From Bdellovibrionia bacterium (GTDB lineage Bacteria; Bdellovibrionota; UBA1018), in NCBI GenBank assembly GCA_049424145.1, contig JBMSSC010000001.1:1-64000 (forward strand): a stretch of 64,000 bases of DNA, written 5' to 3'. The notes beneath the pieces were generated by a model, which saw only the letters and a list, made by a program, of their open reading frames with translations, was not told the origin of the DNA and ran no database searches. Numbering within the stretch: position 1 is the first letter of the stretch; each line of letters opens with the position of its first letter. Below, piece after piece: positions 28,772 to 38,187 of the stretch. A program made the translations under genes and the position numbers.

Positions 28772-29401
28772 ATGGCAAAATTAAAGATTTACACTTTTCC
28801 AGATGATGTTTTAGCAAAAAAAGCTCAGCCGATTGCCCATGTGGATCGCTCTTATTACCGAATTGCTGATGACATGTTAGAGACGATGTACTTTGCTCCG
28901 GGAATCGGATTAGCGGCCAATCAGGTGGGGATTTTAAGCCGTATCCTGGTGATTGATGTCGATTATGATCTGGAGGAGATCGAGGAAGGGGCTCAGGCAG
29001 GTGCTGAGGTGGTGGGCAGCAGTGTAATTAAGAATAAGAAACCCCAGATCATCATCAACCCAGAGATCGTCCACCGGGAGGGAAATATCCTGTTTTCAGA
29101 GGGATGCTTGTCTGTTCCTGAGTACACCGCTGAAGTGAAGCGTGCGGAGAAGTTAAAGCTGTCTTATCAGGACGTGGATGGGGTGAGTCGGACGCTCAGT
29201 GCTGAAGGGCTTTTGGCCGTTGCCATTCAGCATGAGATGGATCATTTAGATGGAAAACTGTTTATTGATCGACTGAGTCCGTTGAAAAAAGAGATGGTAA
29301 AAAAGAAACTCAGGCAAGAGCGTTTGGAGAGAGAAAGCGACGAAGAACTGGGTTCACCCCTACTTCAGCCCCTGGCTACGAAAAAATCCAAAGGAATTTA
29401 G
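28772..29401 (+). CDS. def: Peptide deformylase
   Basis: GIGLAANQVG, EGCLSVP, QHEMDHLDG. Confidence 0.96.
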   Translation: MAKLKIYTFPDDVLAKKAQPIAHVDRSYYRIADDMLETMYFAPGIGLAANQVGILSRILVIDVDYDLEEIEEGAQAGAEVVGSSVIKNKKPQIIINPEIVHREGNILFSEGCLSVPEYTAEVKRAEKLKLSYQDVDGVSRTLSAEGLLAVAIQHEMDHLDGKLFIDRLSPLKKEMVKKKLRQERLERESDEELGSPLLQPLATKKSKGI

Positions 29402-29404
29402 TTC

Positions 29405-30352
29405 ATGCTCCGAGTTGTATTGATGGGCACTCCCGAGTTTGCTGTTCCCTCCCTGGTTGAGGTGGCCAAGCGTCATCAGGTGGTTGCCGTGTACACGCAG
29501 CCCGATAAGCCCGTGGGTCGAGGTTTGGAGATGAAGTCTTCGGCCGTGAAGGTGAAGGCCTTGGAGTTGGGTATCCCGGTGTTTCAGCCTGAAAAGCTTT
29601 CTATGGAAGGAGAGTGGGAGAGGCTTGCTCAATTGAATCCGGATGTGATCGTGGTGGTGGCCTATGGGCAGATTCTGCGAAAAAACGTGCTCACGCTTCC
29701 CCGTTTGGGATGCATCAATGTGCACTCGTCGTTATTGCCTAGGTGGAGGGGGGCTGCTCCTATTCAATGGTCGATCCTAGCAGGGGATGTGCAGACGGGG
29801 GTGACCACCATGCGCTTAGTGGAAAAGTTGGATGCTGGCGATATTTTACTTCAGAAAAAAACGCCCATTACTTCTGAGGATACGGCTGAAACCCTGCATG
29901 ATCGATTGGCGCTCATGGGCGCAGAGCTGTTGATTCCTACTTTAGAAGGACTGGCCCAAGGAACGTTAAAGGGGATTGCCCAAGAGGAATCGCAAGTCAC
30001 CTATGCGGCTAAGCTCACGAAGTCCATGGAAGTCTTAGATCCCAATCAGTCGGCTGAAGAGCTGGCCCGGCGCGTGCGTGCCTTAAATCCTTGGCCGGGA
30101 ACGATTTTAAACTTCCAGCCCCGAATTAAGATCAAGCAAGCTCAAGCGCATCCCGATCTCCACGGTCACGTGGGGCAGATCTATGAGAAAGCAGGAATGC
30201 TTCTTTTAGGGACTGAGCGCGGAGCCCTTCAGCTCCTGCGTTTGAGCTGGGAGGGGAAAAAAGAAGTGGATGCCAGTGGGTTTTTAAATGGACTAAAAGG
30301 ACGCGGACAGAAGCTTCCCTTGAGCACTCACAAAGTGGGTCCGATCAGCTGA
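29405..30352 (+). CDS. fmt: Methionyl-tRNA formyltransferase
   Basis: MGTPEFA, TQPDKPVGRG, INVHSSLLPRWRGAAPIQ, LDAGD. Confidence 0.96.
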   Translation: MLRVVLMGTPEFAVPSLVEVAKRHQVVAVYTQPDKPVGRGLEMKSSAVKVKALELGIPVFQPEKLSMEGEWERLAQLNPDVIVVVAYGQILRKNVLTLPRLGCINVHSSLLPRWRGAAPIQWSILAGDVQTGVTTMRLVEKLDAGDILLQKKTPITSEDTAETLHDRLALMGAELLIPTLEGLAQGTLKGIAQEESQVTYAAKLTKSMEVLDPNQSAEELARRVRALNPWPGTILNFQPRIKIKQAQAHPDLHGHVGQIYEKAGMLLLGTERGALQLLRLSWEGKKEVDASGFLNGLKGRGQKLPLSTHKVGPIS

Positions 30353-30380
30353 AGGTTTTTGTAAAAACCCAGCATGCCGA

Positions 30381-30737
30381 TCAGTGATTGAAGCTTTTGA
30401 TGGCTCGATCCTCAGATTCGTAGAACTGAAACTCCTTGGATTCGTCAAATGCTTGAATCACCTTTCGAAACTCACTTTTTACGTTGCAGTAGCGAGGAAG
30501 CTGAGGGGCTGAGGAGTTGAATTCTTTTAAGGTTTGGATGAATGAGGAGATTCCGCTGGATCCCACGAAATCTAGGTTTTCTAAGTTAAAAATAATCTTT
30601 TGAGGGGTCGAGTCCTGGTGCTCCTGCCCTGTGAGTCGATTCAAGTCTTCGCGTAAGGGGAGGTAAGTATCAAAGTCGAGTTTCCCTTCCATGGCCACAA
30701 TAATGGTATCGCCCGATTTTTTGATTTGAGTCTTCAT
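30381..30737 (-). CDS. STAS-domain anti-sigma-factor antagonist
   Basis: GKLDF, LDFVGSSGI phosphorylatable-Ser motif; AAGGAG SD. Confidence 0.82.
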   Translation of the reverse strand: MKTQIKKSGDTIIVAMEGKLDFDTYLPLREDLNRLTGQEHQDSTPQKIIFNLENLDFVGSSGISSFIQTLKEFNSSAPQLPRYCNVKSEFRKVIQAFDESKEFQFYESEDRAIKSFNH

Positions 30738-30901
30738 GGATCTTTCTCCTTGGATTGTCTTTTATTTTAGATAAAAAACGAAGTCCTTGCCAAGAGGCAA
30801 AAACTGCCGCTTGAGGCCATGATGGCTAAGGTTTGTGAGAGACTTCGCATGAAGAAGAGAGAATCGCTTGACGTTTTTTTTAGTGATTCAATGCGTGGAA
30901 T

Positions 30902-32416
30902 TTAAAATTGAAGTAATTCCCCCGATTGAATCAGCTCTTCAATGGGTCCATAGTCGGGGTAAAATGGCCGATCCTGAGTCAGCTGGGGCACTTTTTGTCT
31001 GATTCTCCTATGAACGCACTCCAGGCGTGAGGACGTTTTCAGGGGCCTTAACAGATCAATGCCTTGAGCTGCCCCAAGGAGCTCAAAGGTTAAGATTTTT
31101 CTGACATTCGCAATCACGCGTGAGGCTTTTCGTGCAGCCCAGGCTCCCATGCTGACATGATCCTCTTTGTCTGCAGAGGTGGGGATGGAATCAACGCTGG
31201 CAGGGTGACAAAGGGTCTTATTCTCAGAGGCTAAGGCGGCTGAAGCAACGTGGACGATCATAAACCCACTGTTCGTTCCGCCTTCGAGCGTGAGAAAGGC
31301 AGGGAGATCAGAAAAGGTCGAGTTGACTAATTTGGCCAGCCGCTGCTCGGAGATGCTTCCCAGCTCAGAGACTGAAATGGCTAAAAGATCCATGGCAATG
31401 GCCAGGGTTTGGCCGTGAAAGTTTCCTCCACTTAAGATTTTCCCTTGTTCCGGAAAAATCAAAGGATTATCGGTCACCGAGTTGATTTCTCGCTCTAAGA
31501 CTTGTTGAACGTAGGAGAGGGCATCGAGGCTGGCTCCATGAACTTGAGGCATGCAGCGCAGGCTGTAGGGATCTTGAACTTTTCCGCACCCCGAGTGGCT
31601 TTGAGAAATCTCACTCGGTCCCTCGTCACAAAGCAGCCAGGAGCGCAGTGTTTCAGCCACTTGGATTTGCCCGGGATGGGCTCGGACGGCGTGAATCTCA
31701 GGCTCAAAGGCCTGCGTGGTGCCTCGAAGGGCCTCTAAACTCATGGCGCCTGCAAGGTGGGAGACTTGAGCGAGTCTCTGGGCCTCGTGCCAATTGAGCA
31801 CTCCGAGTGCTGTCATGAATTGGGTGCCATTGATGAGAGCAATACCTTCTTTGGGTCCTAGGACGAGAGGTTTGAGTCCTGCTCTTTTTAGGGCCTCCGC
31901 TCCGCTGACCACTTGATGTTTCACTCTGGCTTGGCCCTCTCCAATGAGAACTAGGGCCAAGTGAGCCAACGGAGCTAAGTCTCCACTGGCTCCCACGGAG
32001 CCTTGCTCCGGAATGCAGGGATGAACTCCCGCATTTAAAAGCGCTAGGATCTGCTCGACCAGGGGGACGCTGACGCCTGAGTGCCCCTGGGCCAAGTTGG
32101 CTGCACGGAGCAAGAGCATGGCTCGTACGGGGGCCTCCTCGAGCTCAGGGCCCACACCACAGGCATGAGAGCGCAGGAGGTTGAGCTGAAGTGCTCCGAG
32201 TTGTTCAGCGGGAATCTTGACCTGAGCCAGGGAGCCGAACCCCGTATTGATCCCATAGTAGGTTCCCCCTTTCTTCAGTTCATTTTGCAGAAATTGATGA
32301 GCGCTTTTTATCCTCGTTCTTGCCCCTTGGGAAAGCTCCACACGTCGGTTTTGATAGGCGACTTCCACTACATCCTGGAGCGTCAAGGGCTGATGCCCAA
32401 GTCTCAGTGAGTCCAT
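30902..32416 (-). CDS. hutH: Histidine ammonia-lyase
   Basis: YGINTGFG, LLRSHACGVG, GSVGASGDLAPL (MIO), QDPYSLRC, GGNFHG, EDHVSMG. Confidence 0.95.
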   Translation of the reverse strand: MDSLRLGHQPLTLQDVVEVAYQNRRVELSQGARTRIKSAHQFLQNELKKGGTYYGINTGFGSLAQVKIPAEQLGALQLNLLRSHACGVGPELEEAPVRAMLLLRAANLAQGHSGVSVPLVEQILALLNAGVHPCIPEQGSVGASGDLAPLAHLALVLIGEGQARVKHQVVSGAEALKRAGLKPLVLGPKEGIALINGTQFMTALGVLNWHEAQRLAQVSHLAGAMSLEALRGTTQAFEPEIHAVRAHPGQIQVAETLRSWLLCDEGPSEISQSHSGCGKVQDPYSLRCMPQVHGASLDALSYVQQVLEREINSVTDNPLIFPEQGKILSGGNFHGQTLAIAMDLLAISVSELGSISEQRLAKLVNSTFSDLPAFLTLEGGTNSGFMIVHVASAALASENKTLCHPASVDSIPTSADKEDHVSMGAWAARKASRVIANVRKILTFELLGAAQGIDLLRPLKTSSRLECVHRRIRQKVPQLTQDRPFYPDYGPIEELIQSGELLQF

Positions 32417-32456
32417 GTCGTACCCTCCCCCTTCCCTTTTTTATTTTAAAACAGGT

Positions 32457-33107
32457 TCAAAGCAAAGCTCTCAGTCGTGCCAGGGCCGCCGCCCGATCCG
32501 GAGCTCCAAAAATCGCTGAGCCTGCGACAAAAACGTCGGTTCCCGCTTGGCGGAGTGCGGCGATGTTTTCCAGTTGAATCCCCCCATCCACTTGAATGAA
32601 AAAGCGCCGGTGTTTTCGCATCTGCACTAAACGCTCAATTTTGGAGAGGGTGCTTGGAATGAGTTTTTGTCCCCCAAACCCTGGATTGACACTCATGAGC
32701 AGCACCAAATCCACATCATCCAAGACCTCTTCAATGGCAGAAAGCGGTGTGGCCGGATTGAGGGACACTCCAGCCTTACAGCCTTCCTCTTTGATTTGGT
32801 AGATGAGCCGATGCAAGTGGGTTGCCGCCTCAGCATGAACCGTGATCCAGGAGGCTCCTGCTTGGGCAAACGGTCGAATCCAATCCTCGGGTCGACAAAC
32901 CATGAGGTGACAATCTAAAGGGAGCTTCGTCCAAGGCTGAATCGTCTGAACGATGTCTGGACCAAAGGTCAAGTTGGGAACAAAATGACCATCCATGATA
33001 TCGATGTGAAGCCAGTCAGCTCCGGCTGCGCTCACTTCTTGGACTTCCTGGGCGAGCTTGGAGAAATCAGCAGATAAAAGGGAAGGAGCAATCAGGGCAC
33101 GTTTCAT
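32457..33107 (-). CDS. rpe: Ribulose-phosphate 3-epimerase
   Basis: IAPSLLSADF, HIDIMDGHFVPN, MSVNPGFGGQ, VDGG, VAGSA. Confidence 0.96.
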   Translation of the reverse strand: MKRALIAPSLLSADFSKLAQEVQEVSAAGADWLHIDIMDGHFVPNLTFGPDIVQTIQPWTKLPLDCHLMVCRPEDWIRPFAQAGASWITVHAEAATHLHRLIYQIKEEGCKAGVSLNPATPLSAIEEVLDDVDLVLLMSVNPGFGGQKLIPSTLSKIERLVQMRKHRRFFIQVDGGIQLENIAALRQAGTDVFVAGSAIFGAPDRAAALARLRALL

Positions 33108-33174
33108 GAGCTTCGATCATAGCACTGTTGTTGAAAATCTTCCAAAAAACGCAAGCCCACGCTAAGATTTTCTC

Positions 33175-34404
33175 ATGATCAAAGTCCTTGTGCATGCCTC
33201 AGAAATCTTAACTGGCTCAGGAGTGCGCCTGAAAGACGGAAGAAAAGTCGGAGAAGAGGACTTAGGTCGGATCGAAGATGGTGCAGTGGTCTACAGCGTC
33301 AAACGGCGTGGAAAAAAAGAAATTCCCGACCGAATTGAGTGGGTGGGAAAAACCTCCGAGCTCCCCAAGTCGTGGGTGAAGCTTAAAAAAACCGACTTAA
33401 AAGGAGAAAGAGCAATTGTTCCTGGCCTTGTGGATTGTCACAATCACCTGATTTTCAGTGGCAGTCGTGCCAATGAGTTTTCAGCGCGGTGCGCGGGGGC
33501 AACCTATGAGCAGATCGCACAACAAGGAGGAGGCATTCTCTCGACGGTGAGATCCACTCGCATGGCCACTGAACGCGAGTTGGAACAATTGGCCACCCAA
33601 CGGCTAGCTCAACTGTTTGCCCAAGGCGTGAGAACGGTGGAAATAAAAAGTGGCTATGGGCTCTCCTCAGAGTCGGAGCTGAAGATTCTCAAGGTCATCC
33701 CGCGACTCCGCAAGAGGTTTCCTGAGATGACTCTGCGTGCAACGTTCTTAGGAGCACATGCGTTTCCCCCGGATCAAACGCGCGCCTCTTATGTCAGAGA
33801 GATCGTGGAGGTGATGCTCCCTCAAGTGAGTCAGCAAGGGCTTGCTGACTCCTGCGATGTGTTCATTGATTCAGGCTATTTTACGCTCTCAGAGGGAAGA
33901 AAGATTCTCACCAAAGCCCAAAAACTGGGCCTGAAAATCAAGGTCCATGCGGATGAACTGAGCCGCACGGATGCTTCTGTTCTCGCCGCACAGATGGGTG
34001 CGTTATCCGCAGACCATCTGCTTCAGATCTCTCAACGAGGGATTGAAGCCTTAGCGGGCTCGCAAACCGTGGCTGTCTTATTACCTGGAACCGCGTTTTT
34101 TCTCCAGCGACCTCAGGCACCTGCCCGAAAATTGATTGACGCGGGTGCTTGTGTGGCAATTGCAACGGATTTTAACCCAGGCACCTGTTTCTGTCTTTCG
34201 TTGCCTGCGATTCTCACGATTGCAGCCCTGCAGTTGGGGCTTTCCTCCGCTGAGCTTTTTGCTGCTGTTACCTACAATGCGGCCAAAGCTCTGGGGCTTG
34301 AGCAGTCCAAAGGAACCATTGAGCCCGGGCGTGATGCTGATTTTTGGGTGATGCCGTTTACTTGCTTTGAAGAGGTTTACTATCGCTTGGCTTGGGCTTT
34401 TTGA
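33175..34404 (+). CDS. hutI: Imidazolonepropionase
   Basis: PGLVDCHNH, GGGILSTV, EIKSGYGL, HADEL, SADHL, ATDFNPG. Confidence 0.93.
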   Translation: MIKVLVHASEILTGSGVRLKDGRKVGEEDLGRIEDGAVVYSVKRRGKKEIPDRIEWVGKTSELPKSWVKLKKTDLKGERAIVPGLVDCHNHLIFSGSRANEFSARCAGATYEQIAQQGGGILSTVRSTRMATERELEQLATQRLAQLFAQGVRTVEIKSGYGLSSESELKILKVIPRLRKRFPEMTLRATFLGAHAFPPDQTRASYVREIVEVMLPQVSQQGLADSCDVFIDSGYFTLSEGRKILTKAQKLGLKIKVHADELSRTDASVLAAQMGALSADHLLQISQRGIEALAGSQTVAVLLPGTAFFLQRPQAPARKLIDAGACVAIATDFNPGTCFCLSLPAILTIAALQLGLSSAELFAAVTYNAAKALGLEQSKGTIEPGRDADFWVMPFTCFEEVYYRLAWAF

Positions 34405-35105
34405 CTCAGGCGCAACCGATGTTGAGCATATTGCTCTTTGGGTAGGTAGACGAAGAATTTGTGGAAAATCCAATAAAACGCCCCTGCCAGAAGAAAGCCC
34501 GTGACCACATCAACGAGGTAGTGTTGCTTGGTTGTCAGGGTGGACAGAGCAATGAGGGTGCCCCAGAAAAAAAAGAACGGAAACTTTTTTCTTTGGTCAT
34601 CTAAAAAGATAAAAGAAGAGAGGTAAACACTGCTCACATGCAGGCTCGGGCAACAATTGGCTGAAGTATCGGCTTGTCTTAAGGTATCGAAGGCAAAGTA
34701 AGTGAGCGGGTCGAGATCCTGAGGAAGGGGGAAGAGTTCTCGCGGGTAGGTCGTGGGCCAGATCCAAAAAATCAGTACACTCACCACCTGCAGCGTCATG
34801 ACTGAGTAGATGTACTTGTTGAGGTTCATGATCTCTTGACAGGTAAAATAAACGGCTCCAAAAAAAACATACTCACTTAAGTAGATCCAGACGGTATGAG
34901 GTAAAAATGGAACTCCCTGATCGAGCCAGGACATGGGCAGGAGTCTTGGGGGAGTGATGTGGTAATGATTACTTGTGACGTAGAGGAGAAGTCCCACTAA
35001 CCCAAAGATGACGAATTGAAGGTGCTTGTTTTCCTGTGTGACGACGACAGGTAAGGCAAACGCGTTGTCCATCGGTTGAATTCGAGACTCGTTTTTTTTT
35101 CTCAT
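34380..35105 (-). CDS. PAP2-superfamily membrane enzyme, Aur1/IPC-synthase-like
   Basis: About 6 TM segments; PTTYPR, NCCPSLHV and KQHYLVDV (HxxxD) motifs. Confidence 0.75.
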   Translation of the reverse strand: MRKKNESRIQPMDNAFALPVVVTQENKHLQFVIFGLVGLLLYVTSNHYHITPPRLLPMSWLDQGVPFLPHTVWIYLSEYVFFGAVYFTCQEIMNLNKYIYSVMTLQVVSVLIFWIWPTTYPRELFPLPQDLDPLTYFAFDTLRQADTSANCCPSLHVSSVYLSSFIFLDDQRKKFPFFFFWGTLIALSTLTTKQHYLVDVVTGFLLAGAFYWIFHKFFVYLPKEQYAQHRLRLSQKAQAKR

Positions 35106-35711
35106 TTAGTCCTGACCCTCTCTGAGCCACTGGGTGAGTTGTTGGTGAAAGGCGGGGCTATTCCAATTGTGTCCTCCATCGCGAGAGAGGAGGATTTTCC
35201 CGTTTCTCCTCATGATCACAGTGAGGGGGATGGCATGAACGTTAAATCGCTCGGCGAGATCTCCATTGGGATCTTGAAAGACGGGAAAAGGCATGGAGAA
35301 CTGAGAGATCACTTTTGGGGCAATGGACTCGGCCCCCTCGTCCACGTCGATGGCTAGGACTTCAAATCCTTGGTCATGAAATTGGTTTCTTAACGCCACA
35401 ATGGAAGGCATCTCCTCCATACAAGCATCGCACCAGCTGGCCCAAAAATTAATGAGAAAAATTTTCCCAGGAATCCTGCTGAGCTGAACCTGGCTTCCGT
35501 CCAGTTGAGTGAGCTTGAGTTGGTCGAATGAGGGATCCTCAGCAGGGGCGGAAGGCGAGAGGCGGGCTGAGCTGGGGCCTTCGGGTGGGTAAATCAGTTG
35601 AATGATTTGGAGCCCACCGATCACCATGAGGAGGAGGCCTAAAAGGGGGACTAAAATCGTCCAGGGAAGGGGTTTCTTCTCTTGCTCAGATTCAGAAGGG
35701 GGTCTTGCCAT
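35106..35711 (-). CDS. TlpA-family membrane-anchored thiol-disulfide oxidoreductase
   Basis: One TM anchor, INFWASWCDACMEEMP, cis-Pro loop AIP. ATG 35711 preferred to avoid overlap with divergent gene. Confidence 0.88.
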   Translation of the reverse strand: MARPPSESEQEKKPLPWTILVPLLGLLLMVIGGLQIIQLIYPPEGPSSARLSPSAPAEDPSFDQLKLTQLDGSQVQLSRIPGKIFLINFWASWCDACMEEMPSIVALRNQFHDQGFEVLAIDVDEGAESIAPKVISQFSMPFPVFQDPNGDLAERFNVHAIPLTVIMRRNGKILLSRDGGHNWNSPAFHQQLTQWLREGQD

Positions 35712-35734
35712 ACGTTCCTTTAATAGCCTAGAAT
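35705..35734 (+). promoter_or_regulatory. Sigma70-type promoter of the pilin-like gene
   Basis: TTGCCA-18 nt-TAGAAT, then 7 nt to ATG 35742. Confidence 0.55.
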
Positions 35735-35741
35735 AAGGGGA

Positions 35742-35978
35742 ATGCCGAAAACTTTCCACAAAAGTCTTCAGCCATCCGAGTCTGCATCCCGGAGGAGGGG
35801 GGAGCAGGGGCAAGCCCTAGTGGAGTACTTGCTCATGCTTTTGGTGGCTTTTTCTGTTGTGGGAAGCCTTTCGTTTGGCTTTAAGCGGATCCTTCTGCGA
35901 ATTTGGGGCGTTTATCATAAGGAAATTTCTTCGCCCTGTCCTTCCTGCCCTCCAAACAATCCTAGTTACCGATTTTAA
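35742..35978 (+). CDS. Small Flp/TadE-type pilin-like protein with class III signal peptide
   Basis: RRRGEQG|QALVEYLLMLLVAF: basic leader, Gly at -1, Glu at +5, hydrophobic helix; C-terminal CPSC. Confidence 0.72.
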   Translation: MPKTFHKSLQPSESASRRRGEQGQALVEYLLMLLVAFSVVGSLSFGFKRILLRIWGVYHKEISSPCPSCPPNNPSYRF

Positions 35979-36089
35979 TGAACGACGCGAGGTCAATCCA
36001 TCTCGTCAAAATGGCTTCCGCCTTTCGTGTTTTTTAAAAGGGGAATGGGGATTTCTCTCTTACTCCTGAAACAAGGAGTGAGCTAGTAT

Positions 36090-38180
36090 TTGCTCTCCCG
36101 GTGTGTCATCGTTTTCGATATGACAACTAGAATAGGAATTCGCCTCCAGAAGTGGTTTCCTCTTGGTTTGTGTCTGTTTGTTTTTTTACTCGGCTTTGGG
36201 CTGAGAGGGGCCCCGGCTCACCCGGATGTCCTTTTTTCTCGAGAGCAGGAACTGGGCGTTGCATTCATTTTTCTAGGGTTCTTCCTCGGTCTGCTCTATT
36301 GGGGCAAAGCCCTTTTAGAGATCCTTCAATTGAGTCAATTGGGGTGGATCTATGGTCTAGCTTTGGGAAGTGCTGGCTGGTCTTGTATCGGGCTTCTCTT
36401 GGGATCATTAGGCTGGATTGGGTATTCTTCTTTTTCTGCGCTGCTTTGCGGACTGTTTTTAGGGCCTCTTCTTCACTCCTATTTTTGGAGCCGATCTTGC
36501 GAGAATCAAAATCCCCCTCCGCAGCCGTTATCCGGCGCTCGAGTTTTGACTCAAGGGTTTAAAGGCATTTCTCTTGTGGAGGGTGTGATCTTTGGGCTTT
36601 TAATCTTCGTATGGATTGGGTTCTGTTTGAATGCTTCGGGGGCTCACGGCACGAGCGATCCCTTTCTCTATCATCTTTTGGGTCCTAGGCTTTGGGTGGA
36701 TGCTGGGAAGATTTATCTTCCAGGTCCGATTCCGATTACGTTTCAAGCGTCCAGTTGGGAGATGCTGCTGGTTCTCTCTCAGATTCTTCTGGGGGCACCT
36801 GAGGGTTTTGGGCTCATTGAGGGGCATTTGTTTTCTCAGTACCTTCATGTTGTGGTGGGCTTAGGAGGGGTGCTTGCGGTACTCTTTAAGCTCAGTCCCA
36901 AGGAAAGTGGCGTTCCTCGGTTTTGGATGGGCGTCGCCCTCTTAGGCGCTCTTCTGACTCCTGATCTTCGCGAGCTTTCGTGGTTAGGAAAAAATGATTG
37001 GGGGGTGCTCTTTTGGATTTGCGCAGGCACGGCCCTGCTGTTGCGGCCGCCCAGTTCATCGTGGCGGCAGAAGGCTCTTGCGGCATTTCTGCTGGGTCTG
37101 GGGTGTGCGGGCAAGCCCAATTCCCTTTTTTTTGTGATTCCAGTTTTGGGATGTTTTGCCTTGCGTCCGCTTGAAGCCGATTCTCTTCGGAAGAGATTTT
37201 TTGAGCTTCTGGGCGTTGCAGGGTGGATCCTTTTGGGTGCTGCACCCATCCTGATCCGAAACTGGGCTTACACGGGGGCTCCATTGTTTCCCTTTGTTCA
37301 GCTCGGCTTGAATCCTGAGCTCGGAGGCCCACTCTCTTCATTCGCTCAGCTCACTCCCAGTCGTCTCACCGGAACATTCACGTTTTTTCAAAGCCAACTT
37401 CGATGGGTTTTAGCGGAACACTGGGTCTACACCTGGATTGTACTTGGGCCTTTGCTGGGATCTTTTTTTCGCGATCCCTTACTTCGAAAACTATCATGGA
37501 TTTTGCCCATTTCTTCACTTTGGTTTTTAGTTCTTGAAATCAATCATCAGTTTGTTCGGTGGTTGGGAGCTCCCTTGGTGCTTTCGGGTTTTTTACCCGT
37601 TCTTTTGTTGTCCGATTTGTTGAATCGTGGATCAGGGGCGTGGAGAAAGCTCGGGTTTCAATCTGGGCTAGCCTTGGTCATGGCCCTGATTTTAACATCG
37701 CAAGTGGAGGTTAAAGGATGGTGGGCTATGCTTCATCGAGGTTCCCCCACGCACGTGATTCGCAATCCTGTGGTTCACTTGGGGGGGGACTCTAAGGCTT
37801 GGTTGCGTTTGAACGCAACGTTTGAGACCCCAATTGTGACCACGGGAGATAATCAGCTTTACTACCTCAGCTACCTTCCCGTGACGCCTCTCTCCTATGG
37901 CTTGGAGTTAAAACGGAAGCTTGAGTCTTTAAGACACTCCATTCTGATCTTTTCTCAACTCTATCAATTTGGCTATCGATACGTCTTGGATGTCATGCAC
38001 TGGGACGATCAGTACTGGACGGATTATGCGTTCACGCTGGATCGGGCTATCCTCAACCTTCCTGAGGCAATCGTTTTTATGGGGCCTAGGTCAAAAGTCA
38101 TCGACCTAAAAGTGCTCGTTGAATCCATGAACCAAAGCTGCGTTGGGACAAAGGGAAGTTGGATGACTCCGCCTACTTGA
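36090..38180 (+). CDS. Polytopic membrane protein, probable GT-C-superfamily glycosyltransferase
   Basis: Many TM helices; loop DPFLYHL, KND, GCAGKPN, RNWAYTGAPLFPF; soluble C-terminus. Start TTG 36090 or ATG 36120. Confidence 0.6.
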   Translation: MLSRCVIVFDMTTRIGIRLQKWFPLGLCLFVFLLGFGLRGAPAHPDVLFSREQELGVAFIFLGFFLGLLYWGKALLEILQLSQLGWIYGLALGSAGWSCIGLLLGSLGWIGYSSFSALLCGLFLGPLLHSYFWSRSCENQNPPPQPLSGARVLTQGFKGISLVEGVIFGLLIFVWIGFCLNASGAHGTSDPFLYHLLGPRLWVDAGKIYLPGPIPITFQASSWEMLLVLSQILLGAPEGFGLIEGHLFSQYLHVVVGLGGVLAVLFKLSPKESGVPRFWMGVALLGALLTPDLRELSWLGKNDWGVLFWICAGTALLLRPPSSSWRQKALAAFLLGLGCAGKPNSLFFVIPVLGCFALRPLEADSLRKRFFELLGVAGWILLGAAPILIRNWAYTGAPLFPFVQLGLNPELGGPLSSFAQLTPSRLTGTFTFFQSQLRWVLAEHWVYTWIVLGPLLGSFFRDPLLRKLSWILPISSLWFLVLEINHQFVRWLGAPLVLSGFLPVLLLSDLLNRGSGAWRKLGFQSGLALVMALILTSQVEVKGWWAMLHRGSPTHVIRNPVVHLGGDSKAWLRLNATFETPIVTTGDNQLYYLSYLPVTPLSYGLELKRKLESLRHSILIFSQLYQFGYRYVLDVMHWDDQYWTDYAFTLDRAILNLPEAIVFMGPRSKVIDLKVLVESMNQSCVGTKGSWMTPPT

Positions 38181-38187
38181 TGGGGCT

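Noticed and set aside
30738..30901. Sigma54 promoter upstream of the STAS gene
   Set aside because: GG..GC spacing of the candidates is not the required 10 nt.
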